Part shown: positions 1 through 13,803 of the stretch, piece by piece | How the letters are laid out: each line of letters opens with the position of its first letter | Numbering within the stretch: the stretch's first letter is position 1 | Source: Vicugna vicugna | Taxonomy: Eukaryota | Length of the DNA: 64,000 nucleotides | Reading direction: 5' to 3' | Assembly: GCA_013265495.1 (NCBI GenBank) | Contig: MU058531.1 | Coordinates: 922,678-986,677, forward strand | Position numbers and translations under genes: made by a program | Notes under the pieces: generated by a model | What the model saw: the letters and a program-made list of their open reading frames with translations, nothing else | Databases searched by the model: none | Told to the model about the DNA's origin: nothing

Positions 1-1539
1 GTATGATCTATAGCTTAATAAATCCTTACTTTACTTTCTTGACCTCCATGTCTCCTCTCTGAATTCATTCTGCAATGAGGTAAGAACCTAATCTCTGGCA
101 ACAAGGCTATTTCTTGAACCCTTTTAGGCATAAGCCCACTCTTAGCCATATCTCTGCACGTTAGTGGTGGGAAGCAAGCCAGAACTTCCTAAATCATCTT
201 GAAATCTGCTTAACAATTTTAGCAGTTTCAATTCTGCCAGATACGCCAACAGTACCTTGCCTTGAAAACTAGGTATGTTCTTTTCAAGTAGAAGTGGGTG
301 AAGGGCCAGGTTCTTGCTTTCTTCTGATTGATTACTGATTCTTCTGAAAGTGACCAAAAGACAGCAGGCAGACTCTAATTGGTCATGGAAAACTGCTTTA
401 CAAAAATTCAGTTAACATTTTTTTGAGAAAAAAATTACTTCAAAGGTGACTGTCAAGTTGATTTCAACAAAAATGAATCCTATTTTTCAATAATTCTAAT
501 TATTGAAAACTGTCAAAAAAAATTGCCAAAAAAAAGTGATTAGAAAGGATTTTGAGGCAAACCAGAGCTTCAGCACACCATGTACTGTTTATAATGGAAG
601 AGCTCTTGCAACTCCTTCTCTAGTAACTTGTATCTTCTCTCCCATTATAAGAATCTTCTATATGCAAAGATCTCTGACTCCACAGTTGTAGCAGCTGTTA
701 CTCATTAAACTTTCTTTCACCTGAGTATTGATAGTGTCTCCTAAAAATTAGTGATCATGTTGTATTTTCCAAAAGTGTCCACCTACCGCCCTTGGACATG
801 AACTTCTCCAGGATAATTCTTTAGTTTTTCAGAATTAAAATGTATTTAAAATGAGACCTATCTGAAAAATAGCCCCACTCTGAGTGTTGTCTCTTTCATT
901 TGTTAATGGATTAATAAACATTGTTGGAAGGTGAAAAAATAGATTTATCTTTACATCATTTGGCCCCCACCTAAAATCATACAGGTCTAGAAAATCCGAC
1001 CTACCTGTAGCAGGAACCCTGGGCAAATACTCTCAAGAATTCCAATTGTCCACACATGCAATGTTTGATGCATACATTTTATGTCCATAACTAGTATGTT
1101 ACACAATACAGTTGGAGAGGCGCAATGTTCACTTTTAAAAATCTGAACTTTGAGACACTGGAGATAGACTGAGAGCCTTTGCAATGTTTGTTTCAGCCAG
1201 ATTCTCTATGAGGAAGGATCTTCTTGGTTGCTGGTGTCAGAAACCCAGTTCAAACTAACTTAAACAAAACTGAAATTTACTAGTTCATATAATTGGGAAA
1301 GGTCAGGATGAAGTGGGCCTCAGGCATGACAGTGTTCATGAATTTAAATGATATTAATAGAACTCTATCTCCTGCTCTATTCCTCTCTGCACGGGCAGCT
1401 GACAACCTCAGTAAGGCAGAAGTTAGCGTGAGAGTTTCCCTTCTTTTAGAATTTACCATTGAAAAATTTAGGAGAAATTCATTAACATCATATGAGCAAT
1501 GACATTAAATGAACTTCCTTTTGAAGACAAAAGGTTTCT

Positions 1540-2140
1540 GGAGGACACTCATGCATTGCTGCTGGGAATATTAATTAGTAAAACTATTTGGCAGTATTTA
1601 CTAATGCTAAATACACGTATGTACAGTTTACACCCAGCAGTTCCACTCCTGGAAACGCTCGTAAGAGCTGATTGCTTATGTTTACAGAAAGACATGCACA
1701 AGAATGGTCACAGCAGCATTATGCTTGATAGTCCCTAAGTGTCCATCAATGATAAAATGGGTAGATAAATTGTGGTACATCCATTCAATGGAATATACAC
1801 AATTTCTAGAAAGAAAAAAATCTAGTACTACACACAGCAACATGGATGAATTTCATAAAACATTATGCCAAAGAAACCAGATACAAAAAAGTACATATTA
1901 TATGATTTCATTTATAAAATTTCAAAAATAGACAAAGTAATTGAAGGAAAAAGAGGTCAACCTTTGGGTGTTATTGAATTGTGGATGTATAAGTGATCTG
2001 GCGATGCTTCAACTGTTGAATACTTGAAGGGAGTGGTAGTTACATGGACATACACATATGTAAAACTTCAAAAGTTTTCCATAAGATGCGTATACTTGAT
2101 CAAATATAAAACATACCTCATGGAAAAGTTTTCAAAAGAA
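1540..2140 (+). mobile_element. Old L1M (L1MD/ME-like) 3' fragment
   Basis: Typical L1 3' motifs: acccagcagttccactcctgg, aagtgtccatcaatgataaaatgggtagataaattgtggtacatccattcaatggaata, catggatgaatttcata. Confidence 0.75.
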
Positions 2141-3095
2141 AAAGAAAAGAAGGCTCTTGGAGCAATAAAGGAATAACTATGCTTGCAATGGGAGACTTAC
2201 CAGTAAAAGGACTTGTCTTCTATCTGTATGTATGCAACTCAAAAGCAGCTTCTGTCAATCCAATCATGGGGGAAAAATTTCTTAAGATATGACATTTATA
2301 ATGTATCTTGAATGTAAAATATTTGGCTTGATATGCCTAACAAAAGTTTGGAAGTTAATATATTTTACTTTATTTTTATTTCTTCTTTACAATTCAACCT
2401 AAAATTCTAATTGTAATTTTGGAGGTTCTATTTCTACTGTTTTTCCTATTGGTTCTCACTTATTTCCTTATATGTTTGCTTATTTGTTTGTTTGTTTACT
2501 GCATACAAAAGCATCATCCTTGAAAAATATTAATGAGAATTCTTTGAAGACTAGACTTACTATGTCTTCCAGCAGAGAGAATTTGCATCTGGTTCTTCTT
2601 AGCCCTTGGAAGCATTAACAGCTTACTCTGAACCACCTCAAATTAAATTAAGAAGCCTGGGGTTCCCTAGACCACCTAGATAATGTAAACCAGGGCTGCA
2701 AATCTGCACTAGAAAAGGCAATGGACTCAACTCCCTAAAGAAATGTGTTTTTCTTTCTTGCTCTTTTCTTCCCCACCCCCTCTCATTAACTCAAGGGAAC
2801 TTTATCTTAAGACATTTATGGGTAGAAATGGGAAGTGAGATTTGGGTAAAGTGGATTTAGTTACAGACCTTTACCCAGGGTAATTCGGCCTTTTGAGAGC
2901 TGATCTTACTGTGGAGAGAGTCTCCTATTAGAGTCCCCTTGTCGGAAATTCTTTCATTTCTGTAACTCAGGTTCATCAGAAGTGAACTCCAGGTTTGCCC
3001 TTGGAGCAAAAACAGCTTTGAGCTCTCCTTACCTCTCTGCTGCTCCCCTAACTTGTCAGATGGTCTCAAGATGTTTTTCTGTTTCAATTTTATCC

Positions 3096-3727
3096 AGCTA
3101 CAACTCCTTATCTGTGGTTTTGCTTTCTGTAGTTTCCATTACCTGTGGTCAACTGCAGGTCAAAAAATAGTTAGTGGAAAATTCCAGAAATAAACAATTT
3201 TAATAGTGCGCCATGCTGAGTAGCATGATGAAATCTCATGCCATCCCACCCCATCCCACCCAAGATACTCAACGATCGACACTGTCTGCTCCTGACATCC
3301 AACCATGGACATCATCGTGGCTTGATGATCCCAGATCATCCGAAGTAGATGACCCTTATGATGTATCCACAGAGGCGACAGCAGCCTAGCACTCCGTCAC
3401 AGTGCTGACATCATTCACCTCTCTTCACCTCGTCCCGTAGGCTTGTCATCTCACGTTGTCACAAGAAGAGGGGTGAGTACAGTACAATAAGATACTTTGA
3501 AAGAGACCACATTCAATAGCTTTTATTACAGTACATTGTTATCATTGCTCTACTTTATTATTAGTTACTGTTGTTAATCTCTTACTGTGCCTAATTTATA
3601 AGTTAAACTGTATCACAGATATGTATAGGAAAAAACATAGTATATATAGGGTTCAGTACTATCCATGGTTTCAGGCATCTGCTGGAGGTCTTGAAATGTA
3701 TTCCCCATGATAAGGGAGGACTGCAGT
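3096..3727 (+). mobile_element. MER44-family (Tigger7-derived) DNA transposon
   Basis: Terminal inverted repeats ctccttatctgtgg ... ccatgataagggag. The internal ggtgagtacagtacaataagata and gggttcagtactatccatggtttcaggcatc match the MER44 consensus as recalled. Confidence 0.85.
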
Positions 3728-5309
3728 ATTTTATTTGTCACTAGAAGTGTTGATCTAAATAACACAGTCTACAAATTACACTTCTTTCATTTGTTCTTAA
3801 CAACTTTGACATTTTTATGATATGAAAAGAATTCACAAAATTAGATCATATTCCATAATGTTATAAAATATAAGGACAATTCTTACTGTAAGAGGGACAA
3901 TATAACTTTCCAAGTATCACAGAATTTCAGAATAAAGTCCAAACTGAGGACAAGAGGTGATTACTGCCTCCGTATTCTGAAGAGAGCAACCATGGATCTG
4001 CCAGTCAGTTTCCTTTAAGCCTTGCTAAGTGACTCTGAGTTCTTTGATCCTCGTCTCTCCCCTTTTTCTAGCTGAAATAGGCAAAAGACTGGAGTTTGTT
4101 AAGAGGGTCAGGGAGGTATGACTTCTAGGCCTTAGGGAAGAACTTGTGGATTTTCTCCCCTCTACTCATGGGGTAAGAAAAGAAAGCATGCCCCCTTCCA
4201 GACCAAGTGACAGAGGCTCCAAGAGAAAGTCTCATAAAAATTGGGGTTCCTGCAAGAAGGCTCCCCAGCAGGATGACGCTGAGGTGTTCAAGCTCAGGGT
4301 GGATACAGATAGGGAACTTGAGACAGCTTACCTGAACCCCCTGGAGGTGAGGGGTCAACCTGAACACAGAGACCAGCGCCTGCTTCTGGCCTTGGTCAGG
4401 CCTTCTCAGACTTTACTGTGCCCATGAATTCCCTGGGCATCACTGTAAAAAGCATATTCTGATTCAGTTGGTAGGGGATGGGGCCTTCCCAGCTCTCTAA
4501 CAAAGTTCCGCCTGGTGCCGGTGCTACTGGTCCCTGGACCATACTTTGGGTAGCCATCGCCGGGGGAATTCTGAAGTGGGGAGGGTGGCTGGAACAACTC
4601 TCTACAGCAAGGTGAGCTGAAAGAACAATAGTGTTGGTAAGAAGCCCACACTCCTAGCATTTGGCCAAGATGTATGAGATTGAGCTCAGGCAAAATAGAT
4701 GTCATAGAAGCAGCAGGCTTGAGCTGGCTTGAAAGTCTCATCCAAGAGGATTGCCGGACAGCATCAGAGGAATACCAGTAGTAAGAGGTTGTGGAATGGC
4801 CACTGGGGCGGGAACTGGAGGTCTTAAGAAGCTGTCTCGACAGCACATAGCCTATATAAGAATGGGTAAGTGTCCAAAAAATCCAAAACACGACCCACAA
4901 AACAGCCAGCACCCAGACATCTGCAAGATCAGAGAACCACAAACGACTCTTATTCAACCAATCAATATTGCCCTAGGTTTTTGGTAAGGTGACAAACTGC
5001 TTTTATTTTACTTTTTTGTTTGTTTGTTTGTATCAAGTTACCTGTATATGTAGCCACGTAAAAATACAGAATTCTCATCATGTAGTCAGAAGGGTTTATC
5101 CGGTTTCATGCTTTATATGGGAAGGAAAATCAGCACTTAATTTCTGCAGAGGAAACCCTCCAGTAATAGATCCAAAACGTGAATGCTTTGTTAAAGGAAA
5201 CAGTTTTGGCTAATTAAGGACTAGGTCGAGAATTAGGAGTGCAAAAGAAGTTTAAAGGTGTTTTCCCCAACGTAAGCTGCCAAAGTCAACATTCTGTAAA
5301 GACAGTAAC

Positions 5310-5620
5310 AGTTGGAAATGGGCAAAGATATGAGAAGGCAATCCATGTAAGAGGAAACACAAGTGGCTAAAAAAAACACATGAGAAGTTGTTCCGCCTCA
5401 CCAGTAATCAGGGAAGTGCAAATGTAAAACCACAAAGTGAGAGCATTTTACACCCTCAGACAAGCAAAACTGTAAAGCTGACAATACTGAGTGTTTGATA
5501 AAATGTGAAAATATGAGAACTGTCATACCCTGCTTGTGGGAGTGTAAAATGGGACAACCTCTTACAGTCTGGCAAAATCTCGTTAAGGATATGCACACCC
5601 TCCTCCATAGCAATCCCACT
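5310..5620 (+). mobile_element. Old L1ME-like ORF2 3' fragment
   Basis: aaatgggcaaagatatga...tcaccagtaatcagggaagtgcaaatgtaaaaccacaa...gtgggagtgtaaaatgg. Confidence 0.65.
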
Positions 5621-6859
5621 TTGGGTGCATCACAGAGCTGTCAGGCATCTGTATTTTTTGCACATGGACTCGACAAAATAATTCCGGAAAACTCTGCTGC
5701 CACTTGCAAATTTGATTTTAAACAGGCGTGTAAATTTTAAAGTCATAAATGTAAATAGCTGCAAAAGATACTCAGTTTTGCAAGCAGTATAAATATTGAC
5801 AGTTCCAAAATAAAACCATGGTGTCGTTCTTCTAAATCTATTCCGAAGTGGTATCAGATAACCAATATTATCTATTTTTAAAAATATACAAACAGCTCTT
5901 TTTAACACTTGGAAATCTGACCTTTTTTTGAACCTGTATTTTCATTCGACACCATCACTGAAGTTTATCTTAATGTAATATATTATTATGCTTGTAGGCC
6001 CTCCGTTAAAGGAGACACTGTGGACCCTGATATTTTGAATTGTCCCTTTTGGAGTACAGTACTTCTTAAGATCCTAGGTGCATAAGAGATCTTTCTTTGG
6101 TAAAATGAGAGAAGGAGATGGTAAATGAGGAGGTGGCAACTTGCATGTGGCCCCCAGGTAGGTCAAGTTTAGAATCTTGGTAATTGACTGCTTTCTCAAC
6201 ATCCATATTGGGAAAGTCTCCGTGTGCGTGCATGCAGATATACACGTGTGCATGCGTGTGAGTGAATGTATTTGAGTGTGTGTAGGGGGTACTGGTGCAG
6301 TGCACACATCTCAATTTGAAGACCAGTCCTCTGGGATGGAGTTTCCCAACAGGTCTGCATTAAATGGGCATATGGGTTATAGTTTTGCAAGATACTGACC
6401 TCTTCAGCCCTCAGGGCAGCCTTGGTTGAGAAGCATGGTGACATCTGGAGGAGTGACCCAAATGAAAAAGGAAGGGAGGCCCCATGCAGGAGAGACTCTC
6501 ATTACTATACGTAGGATGACACGTCCATAAATGCTCACAACAGTATTTTTTGCAGTTACAAAAAACTAGACATAAACTGCATGTCCATGAGAGGAAAATG
6601 GGTGAACGAGTCACAGTATATTCAGCTAACTGAACATTATAGTGGAATTAAAATGAGCAAACTCGATCTATACTTCTCAATATGAAGAGATCGTGAAAAC
6701 CCAGCCCTGAGGCAAAAGCAGGCTGCAGAAGGATGGCACACAGAGTACAACTACATGTGTAAAATTTACACACGTAAGTTTTTAAAAGACACAATGGTTG
6801 GGTATCAAAAGCAGTGACAGAAGACATCAGTGGGATACCAGTGCATCAGGCTGTGTTCT

Positions 6860-7005
6860 CAGTTCTTTGCAGTTGTTACTCATTTAATCCTCTCCACAAC
6901 CCCAAGAGGTATTGGTTAGTATTGACCCCATTTTACAGATGAAGTAACTGATGCAGAGAAACACAGAGATTAGGGAACTTGCCCAAGGTTACACAGCTCT
7001 AATAA
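6860..7005 (-). mobile_element. MIR SINE
   Basis: Core ccccattttacagatgaagtaactgatgcagaga...acttgcccaaggttacacagct. Confidence 0.8.
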
Positions 7006-8294
7006 AGGGTACAAAGGGGTCCTTAATCATATAATAAATTTTTTATTAATAAGGACTTGAAATAAATATGATAAAATAACAACATAATAAATTAATAGGG
7101 GTTTGTTACACTTCACCTTTTCCTACTTTTTTTGAAATATCAAATTTAAAAGCTCTGCTCTCTTCTTTCAGAAGCCTGAACTTGTCTAACAAGATCATTC
7201 TAAAACTCTGGTTATGATTTCTTTTTAAGAAAAACATGTCTTTTTCTCAGTTGTTCTCACCAATGGTAGATAAATAAACTAGCATCCTTTTTTATATTTG
7301 CTATGGTGCAATGGAAATGAGAACATTTTACCCCAGCCTGTGTTAGGCAGCATTGTTGCAAAACGGCATGCCCCATTACAATTCATGTTATCATACTGAA
7401 GGGATGGTTTTTATCCAGAAAATCTGTGCTGTGCATGATCCAAATGGATGATTGGGAATTAGGCCAAATTTTCCCTTAATTGATTTTATCTACTAAATCT
7501 TTTACTTTTTGCAGATAAGTTAAAAGACAACATTTAAGAGCTTATTACAATTAAATTTCTAAGAGCCAAGCAAATAAGTAGTATAAAGGGTAATCTTTGA
7601 CTATGCACCAGAAACAGTTTCAGGTGTTAATTTTATCTCCACACCTAAAATATATCCTAACATTTCATACAGAGACACTGATGAGGAAGTAACTGATGGA
7701 GTAACACAGATGACAGTCAACATCCCTCGCTAGAACTGCTCTCTGCAGCTGGAACAGCAGGGGAAGCTGTCTCACAGAAGCACATCTCACAAAGACTAGG
7801 ATCGGGGGCAACTGGCCAAGCCTTCCTGACAAACCTCAGCTGTTACCTAATTACCCTCATTCATCTTTGCTTTAAAAAGTTAGGGAAGCCCCTCAGTTCT
7901 CAGCTCCCATGTGGCAGGAGGGAGACCTGGCCCGTCACGTCGATGGGTCTGGTTAACTGCATGCTTTCTGCTGCAGGGGCCTCTCGGGGCTGGTAAGTAT
8001 CTCAACAAGGTAAGATGTGAGCGGCTGTCACCAATACCAACTTTTCACACTGTCTGAAATTTCTATCAGCGCCCTCTTGGCTTCAGACATTGATCCAAGG
8101 AGTTGTTCACTTCAGTGTAACCATGTGCCCTGTAAGAAGGGGACACTGCCTATCAATAATGGATTAGTGTACTTGATTAGCTGTCTGACAGTCAAGGGAC
8201 AGCAAAAGATGAGAGAAAGGGACCCAAAACAGATACATTTTAATGACAAGACTATAGAAAGGCACACATTACAGGGCAAGAGCAGTTACGGCGG

Positions 8295-8929
8295 TGTATT
8301 AGGGTTCTCCAGAGATACAAAACCAATGTTTTTTATATATATTATATAGAGATTATTAATATGCAACATCATATATATGTATCTTTACATACATGTAAGC
8401 CAATATGCTATTAAGAGGTATATGTGTACATACATAGATATCTATATATCTGTACATACAGAATTACGTGTGTGTGTGTGTGTGTATACACACACATATA
8501 TAAAGAGATTTATTATAAGGAATTGCTCATGTGATTATGGAGGCTAAGAAGTCCCACGATCTTCCTTCTGCAAGCTGGGGACCCAAAAATGCCAGTGATG
8601 CATTTCAGTGATGCAGTGATGCACATCCAAAGGCCTGAGAAACCAGAGGGCTGATGGTTCCGGTCCCAGGGCAGGAGAAGACGGATGTCCCAGTTCAAAC
8701 AGTCAGGCACAGAGTGAACTCTCCCTCCCTGCACCTTTGTGTTCTATCTGGACTCACTGTGGACTGGATGAAGTCCACCCACACTGGGGAGGGCCATCTG
8801 CTTTACTCAACCTATGGCTTCAAATCTCATCCAGAAACACCCTCACAGACACATCCAGAAATAATGTTTAGCCACATCTATGGACACCCCGTGATCCAAT
8901 CAAACTGCCATATAAAATTAACCGTCACA
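8295..8929 (-). mobile_element. MLT2B-like (ERVL) solo LTR with internal AT/TG low-complexity tract
   Basis: Ends tgtattagggttctccagaga ... taaaattaaccgtcaca. Flanks ggcgg/ggcag are consistent with a 5-bp TSD. Confidence 0.85.
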
Positions 8930-11128
8930 GGCAGGCTGCGATAGCAATGCATAACCAGGTGAAGCACTGAGGGTCCAGGTACTGAACAGGTAGGACTCCA
9001 AGAACAGGGTTAGGAAGCAGGAGGCACAGCCTTAGCTCCCTGCACAAATATCTGGGATTCAACCTTGAACAACTGCTTTAGAGGATTCAGTAAAAGAGGA
9101 GATATCTGGAGAAGAGTGAGTCCCTCCCAGAGTTCAGATGCATATTTCTGGGCCCACAAAACCAGTCAGTAGCCAGTGAGAAGCATTCTGTGGAATGGCA
9201 GGGAAGACGGAAGGACCTCCAGTGAACAATGTCAGTTTTTGTGATTCTTTTTCTCCATGTTGTGTTTGTCCCAACCACATTTACTGAAATGCAATTTTAA
9301 GTCCATTGACCCTAATAAGAAAAAAAAAGAACTTATATTCTTTGTTTCTTTCACTTAGCTTTCCTTGTAATTCATTTTTATTACATTTTTCAAATGCATA
9401 GCTGTGTCACAGATCAAAAAACCAAAGATGCTCTGTACCATATCTTGTGAGCAAATTCAGACAAAACACAGCCCTAATTCGCATGGTCTCACCTGCTTAA
9501 CAGTAGAGAGTGCTACTAGATCACCCACGAGATTCTTTAGGTCCACAGTTCTCTGTGTATACAGTTATAGCTCATTTTCCTACAGATGGATTATTCCCTT
9601 TGTGAATTATCCATGACAAACTTTCCTATTTACAGCTGACTTTCTGCTGCCTCTCATCATAGCTCTGCACCGTCTCTCCCACTGTGAGACTGTGTGGGTT
9701 TAAAAAATAAAGAGCATTTTAATAATAGTCCAATCAAAATGTAATTAAGAAAGGTAATGTGGCACCAAAAATAGTGCATAATCCATATCAAAGATAAATT
9801 CTAGATAGTTCTTGCCATCCACTATTTTGAATTACCACTTCTCTCCTCCACAGGGATTTAAATATTTATATCGATATACTGAAGTAGACGTTTCTTTCTG
9901 AAACTCCTTCTTGGTGCCTTATCATAACAGGCATCACATTTTATTATAATCATTTGTGTAACATTCAGAACCTTCCTTGCTAGATATTCGGCTTTATAAG
10001 AATGGAGATCATTTCCGTCTTACTCATCACTGGGTTCTAGTTTTTAGATAGTCTCTGACATACTAATAAATATTCATTTGATTGAATGAGTAAATGGAGG
10101 AATGAATGAATTTCTTAGAGGAAGAAGCATGCATTAGTCTTTCATTCTTTTATAGTCTCTTGAATATTCTTGTCTATCACCTCCTTTTGGTTCCATAATG
10201 TGTGAGCACAGAGTTTATAGTTTGAACAGAATCTAAGATTTCATGTGTGTCTGCCCAGGGAGCCATACTTAGAAGATGTCTTAATTCCTTAACTCAGCTT
10301 TTTAAAAAATGCCAAACACCCACATAACTGTTATCTGCAAGTCTACTTCAGATAGTTATCAACCTCTTTCACTTTCTGTTTTGGATTAGCCATCGTAAAA
10401 TTTGCTTTTACATTTTTACTGATGATCACATCATATCTCTGTTGCTTGTACTGCATAAGCACAATCTGAGTCTTTTTTTAAAATTTATTTAGCCAGCAGG
10501 AGCTTAAAAAGCAAACTATTTTAAGTTAAGAAATTACTTTTCTTCTCCAGAGAATGCGTAGACAAAGCAATTTGAAAAAGAGATCCAATTAAATAAACTT
10601 CTGTCTCTAGGCACTAGATCCCCAGAGTTGGTTCTCAAAGTCTGCATGTTTCCCACGTAATAACTACAAGGCCTTCCTTTTTGGTTTACACTGCTTAGAG
10701 TAAGTAAGGAATGACATCACAATATGCATGACTTCCAGTGCTTTCAAAATGCGCTGACCTGCTGAAAGTTTCCAAATGGCTTCTTTGAATGCTGTTAGGG
10801 ACCATCTGGCTAGCTGGAGATGAACAAGTTTTAACATATGGGCCAAAACACATACATGCTCTGTTTCACTAGTGCAGAAAATTAAGAAAAGGTCTGAGAA
10901 ACTCATGCATAAGAAGTAGCACCATGAAGTGGAGGGCCTGCCCTCAGCCACACACAGGAGAGCCTAATTCCAGCTCCTTCCCACCCACTCACCGCACGTG
11001 TCACTAGATCACACCATCTCCTGGATTTCCTCACCTGAAGACTAAGAAGAGTGCCAAATCAACTGTGGCTTTCTTCCTTCTCCTTCCCTCTCTCCTTTTT
11101 TTCCCCCTTTCTATTAAGAAATATTTAT

Positions 11129-12336
11129 CAATGTTTTATAGTTCTCAGCTTATAGGTAGGTCTTTTTTCACCTCCTTGGTTAGGTTTATGCCCAGGCATT
11201 TTTTTTTTATGTGATTTCAAACAGGATTGTTTTTTTACTCTTTCTGATATTTTATTGTTGGTGTAAAGAAATGCAACAGATTTTTGTATATTAATCTTGT
11301 ATCTAGCCACCTTGCTGAATTCATTTATTAATTCTAATAGTTTTTGTGTGGAGTCCTTAGGGATTTCTATATAGAGTATCATCCTGTATAATGACATTTT
11401 TACCGCTTTCCTTCCAATTTGGATCCCTTTTATTTCTTTTTCTTGTCTGACTTCTGTGTTGAATAGAAGTGCTGAGAGTGGGCATCCTTGCCTTGTTCCA
11501 GAATTTATCAGAAAGGCTTTCAGCTTTTCACTGCTGAGTATTATGTTGGCTGTGGGTCTGTCATAAATAGTTTTCATTATGTTGAGATATGTTCCTTCTG
11601 CATCCATTTTGATGAGAGTTTTTGTCATGAAAGGATGTTGAATTTTATCAAATTCTTTTTCTGCATTCATTGAGATGATCACATGGTTTTTGTCCTTTCT
11701 TTTGTTACTGTGGTGAATTGATTTGCAGATGTTGAACCATCCTTGTGACCCTGGAATAAATCCAACTTGATCATGGACTATGATTCTTTTTATGTATTTT
11801 TGGATTTGGTTTGCTAAAATTTTGTTGAGGATTTTTGCAGCTATATTCATCAAATTACAGATACCTGTAATTTTCTTTTTTGGTAATGTCTTACTCTGGT
11901 TTTGGTATCAGGGTTATGATGGCTTCATAGAATAACTCTGGGAGTGTTCCTTCCTCTTTTAATATTTTGGAATAGTTTGAGAATGATAGGTATAAGTTCT
12001 TTCATTGAAAAAGGAAACACTGATAAAGGAAACTGAAGATGATTCAAAGAAATGGAGGACACCCCGTGCTTTTGGATTAGAAGAATTAATCTTGTTAAAA
12101 TGGCCATACTACCCAAAGCAATCTACAGATTTAATGCTATCCCTGTCAAAATACTCATGACATTTTACACAGAGCTAGAACAAATAATCCGAAAATTTAT
12201 ATAGAAGCAGAAAAGATCCAGAATTGCTCAAGAAATCATGAAGAAAAGAAACAAAACTGGAGGCATAATCCTCCCAGACTTCAGACTCCCAGACTGAATA
12301 TTGCAAGGCACAGTTATCAAAGCAGTGTAGTACTGG

Positions 12337-12367
<31 letters not shown>

Positions 12368-13803
12368 AGACATGCACATTAACAGAACAGAATTAAAGCC
12401 CAGAAATAAACCCACACACCTACAGTCAATTAATCTTCAACAAAGAAGGCAAAATACACAATGGAGAAGAGGATCTCTTCAGCAACTGGTGTTAGGGAAG
12501 CTGGGCAGCTGCATGTAAGTCAGTGAAGCTAGAACACTCCCTCACACCTTACACAAAAATAAACCCAAAATGGTTTAAAGACCTAAATAAAAGACATGAT
12601 ACCATACACTCCTAGAAGAGAGCATAGGCAAAAATACTCTCGAACATAAATCATAGCAATATTTTCTTAGATCAGTCTTCCAGGGCAAAAGAAATAAAAG
12701 ACAAAAGTAAATAAATAGGACCTAATCAAACCTAAAAGCTTTTGCACAACAAAGGAGACCATCAACAAAAAGAAAATACAACCTACAGAATGAGAGAAAA
12801 TATTTCCAAATGATGCAACCAACAAGGGGTTAATTTTCAAAATATGCTAACAATTCATACAACTCAATATCAAAAAAAAAAACAAAACCCAAAACAACCC
12901 AATAAAAAAAATGGGCAGAAGACCTAAATAGACACTTCTCCAAAGACATACAGATGGCCAACAGGCACATGAAAAGATGGACAATATTGCTAATAATTAG
13001 AGAAATTCAAATCAAAACCATAGTAAGGGATCACCACACACAGGTCAGAATGGCCATCATCAAAAAGCCTATAAATAATAAATGCTAGAAAGGGTGTGTA
13101 AAAAAGGAAACCCTCTGACATTGTTGGTGGGAATGTAAATTGGTACAACCACTATGGAGAACTCAAAAAACTGAAAATAGACTTACCGTATGATCCAGCA
13201 ATCTCACTCCTGGGCATATATCTGGAAAAGACAGAAACTCTAATTTGAAAAGATACAAGCATCCCAACGTTCACAGCAGCACCATTTACAATAACCAAGA
13301 CATGGAAGCAACCTAAGTGTCCATCAACAGATGACTGGATAAAGATGTTGTGACTACACACACACCCACACACATACACAGCCATGAATATAACTCAGAC
13401 ATAAAAAATAATGAAATATTGCCATTTGCAGCAACATGGATAGACCAAGAGAATATCACTAAGTGAAGTCAGACAGAGAGAAACAAATATCATATGGTAT
13501 CACTTGTATGTGGAACCTAAAAAATAATACAAATGAATCTACTTACAAAATAGAAACAGACTCACAGACACAGAAAACAGATTTATGGTTACCAAAGGGG
13601 AAAAGGATGGGAGAGCGGGATAAATCAGGAGTACAGGATTAACGGGTAAACACTATGTATAAAATAATAAGCAACAAGGACTTACTGTATAACACAGGGA
13701 ATACTACTCAGTTATTATTATCTTGTAATAACCAAAAATGGGAAAAATCTGAAAAAAAATAACTGAATCACAATATTGTAAATCAATTAAACTTCAATAA
13801 AGA
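11129..13803. mobile_element. 5'-truncated, 5'-inverted young LINE-1 (RT fragment on minus at about 11129-12005; ORF2 end and 3'UTR on plus at about 12014-13803)
   Basis: ORF 11128-11853(-) is the L1 ORF2 RT ([17 protein letters not shown]...GTRQGCPLS). The plus part encodes [17 protein letters not shown] and then the 3'UTR. TSD AAGAAATATTTAT at 11116-11128 and 13804-13816. Confidence 0.95.

Noticed and set aside
128..357. Possible small exon or ORF near the window start (plus ctag|gtatgt donor; minus 71-aa ORF)
   Set aside because: All plus frames contain stops, and the minus ORF is short with a non-ATG start. Not distinguishable from chance.
4406..4957. 183-aa minus-strand ORF as a membrane protein gene
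   Set aside because: It starts at TTG, has no good acceptor and no recognisable family. It is retained only as part of the exon-like block finding.
11128..11853. 241-aa reverse-transcriptase ORF as a functional or domesticated gene
   Set aside because: It is a truncated L1 ORF2 fragment with a disrupted catalytic FADD region (reads SLYRMILY), inside a TSD-bounded inverted insertion.
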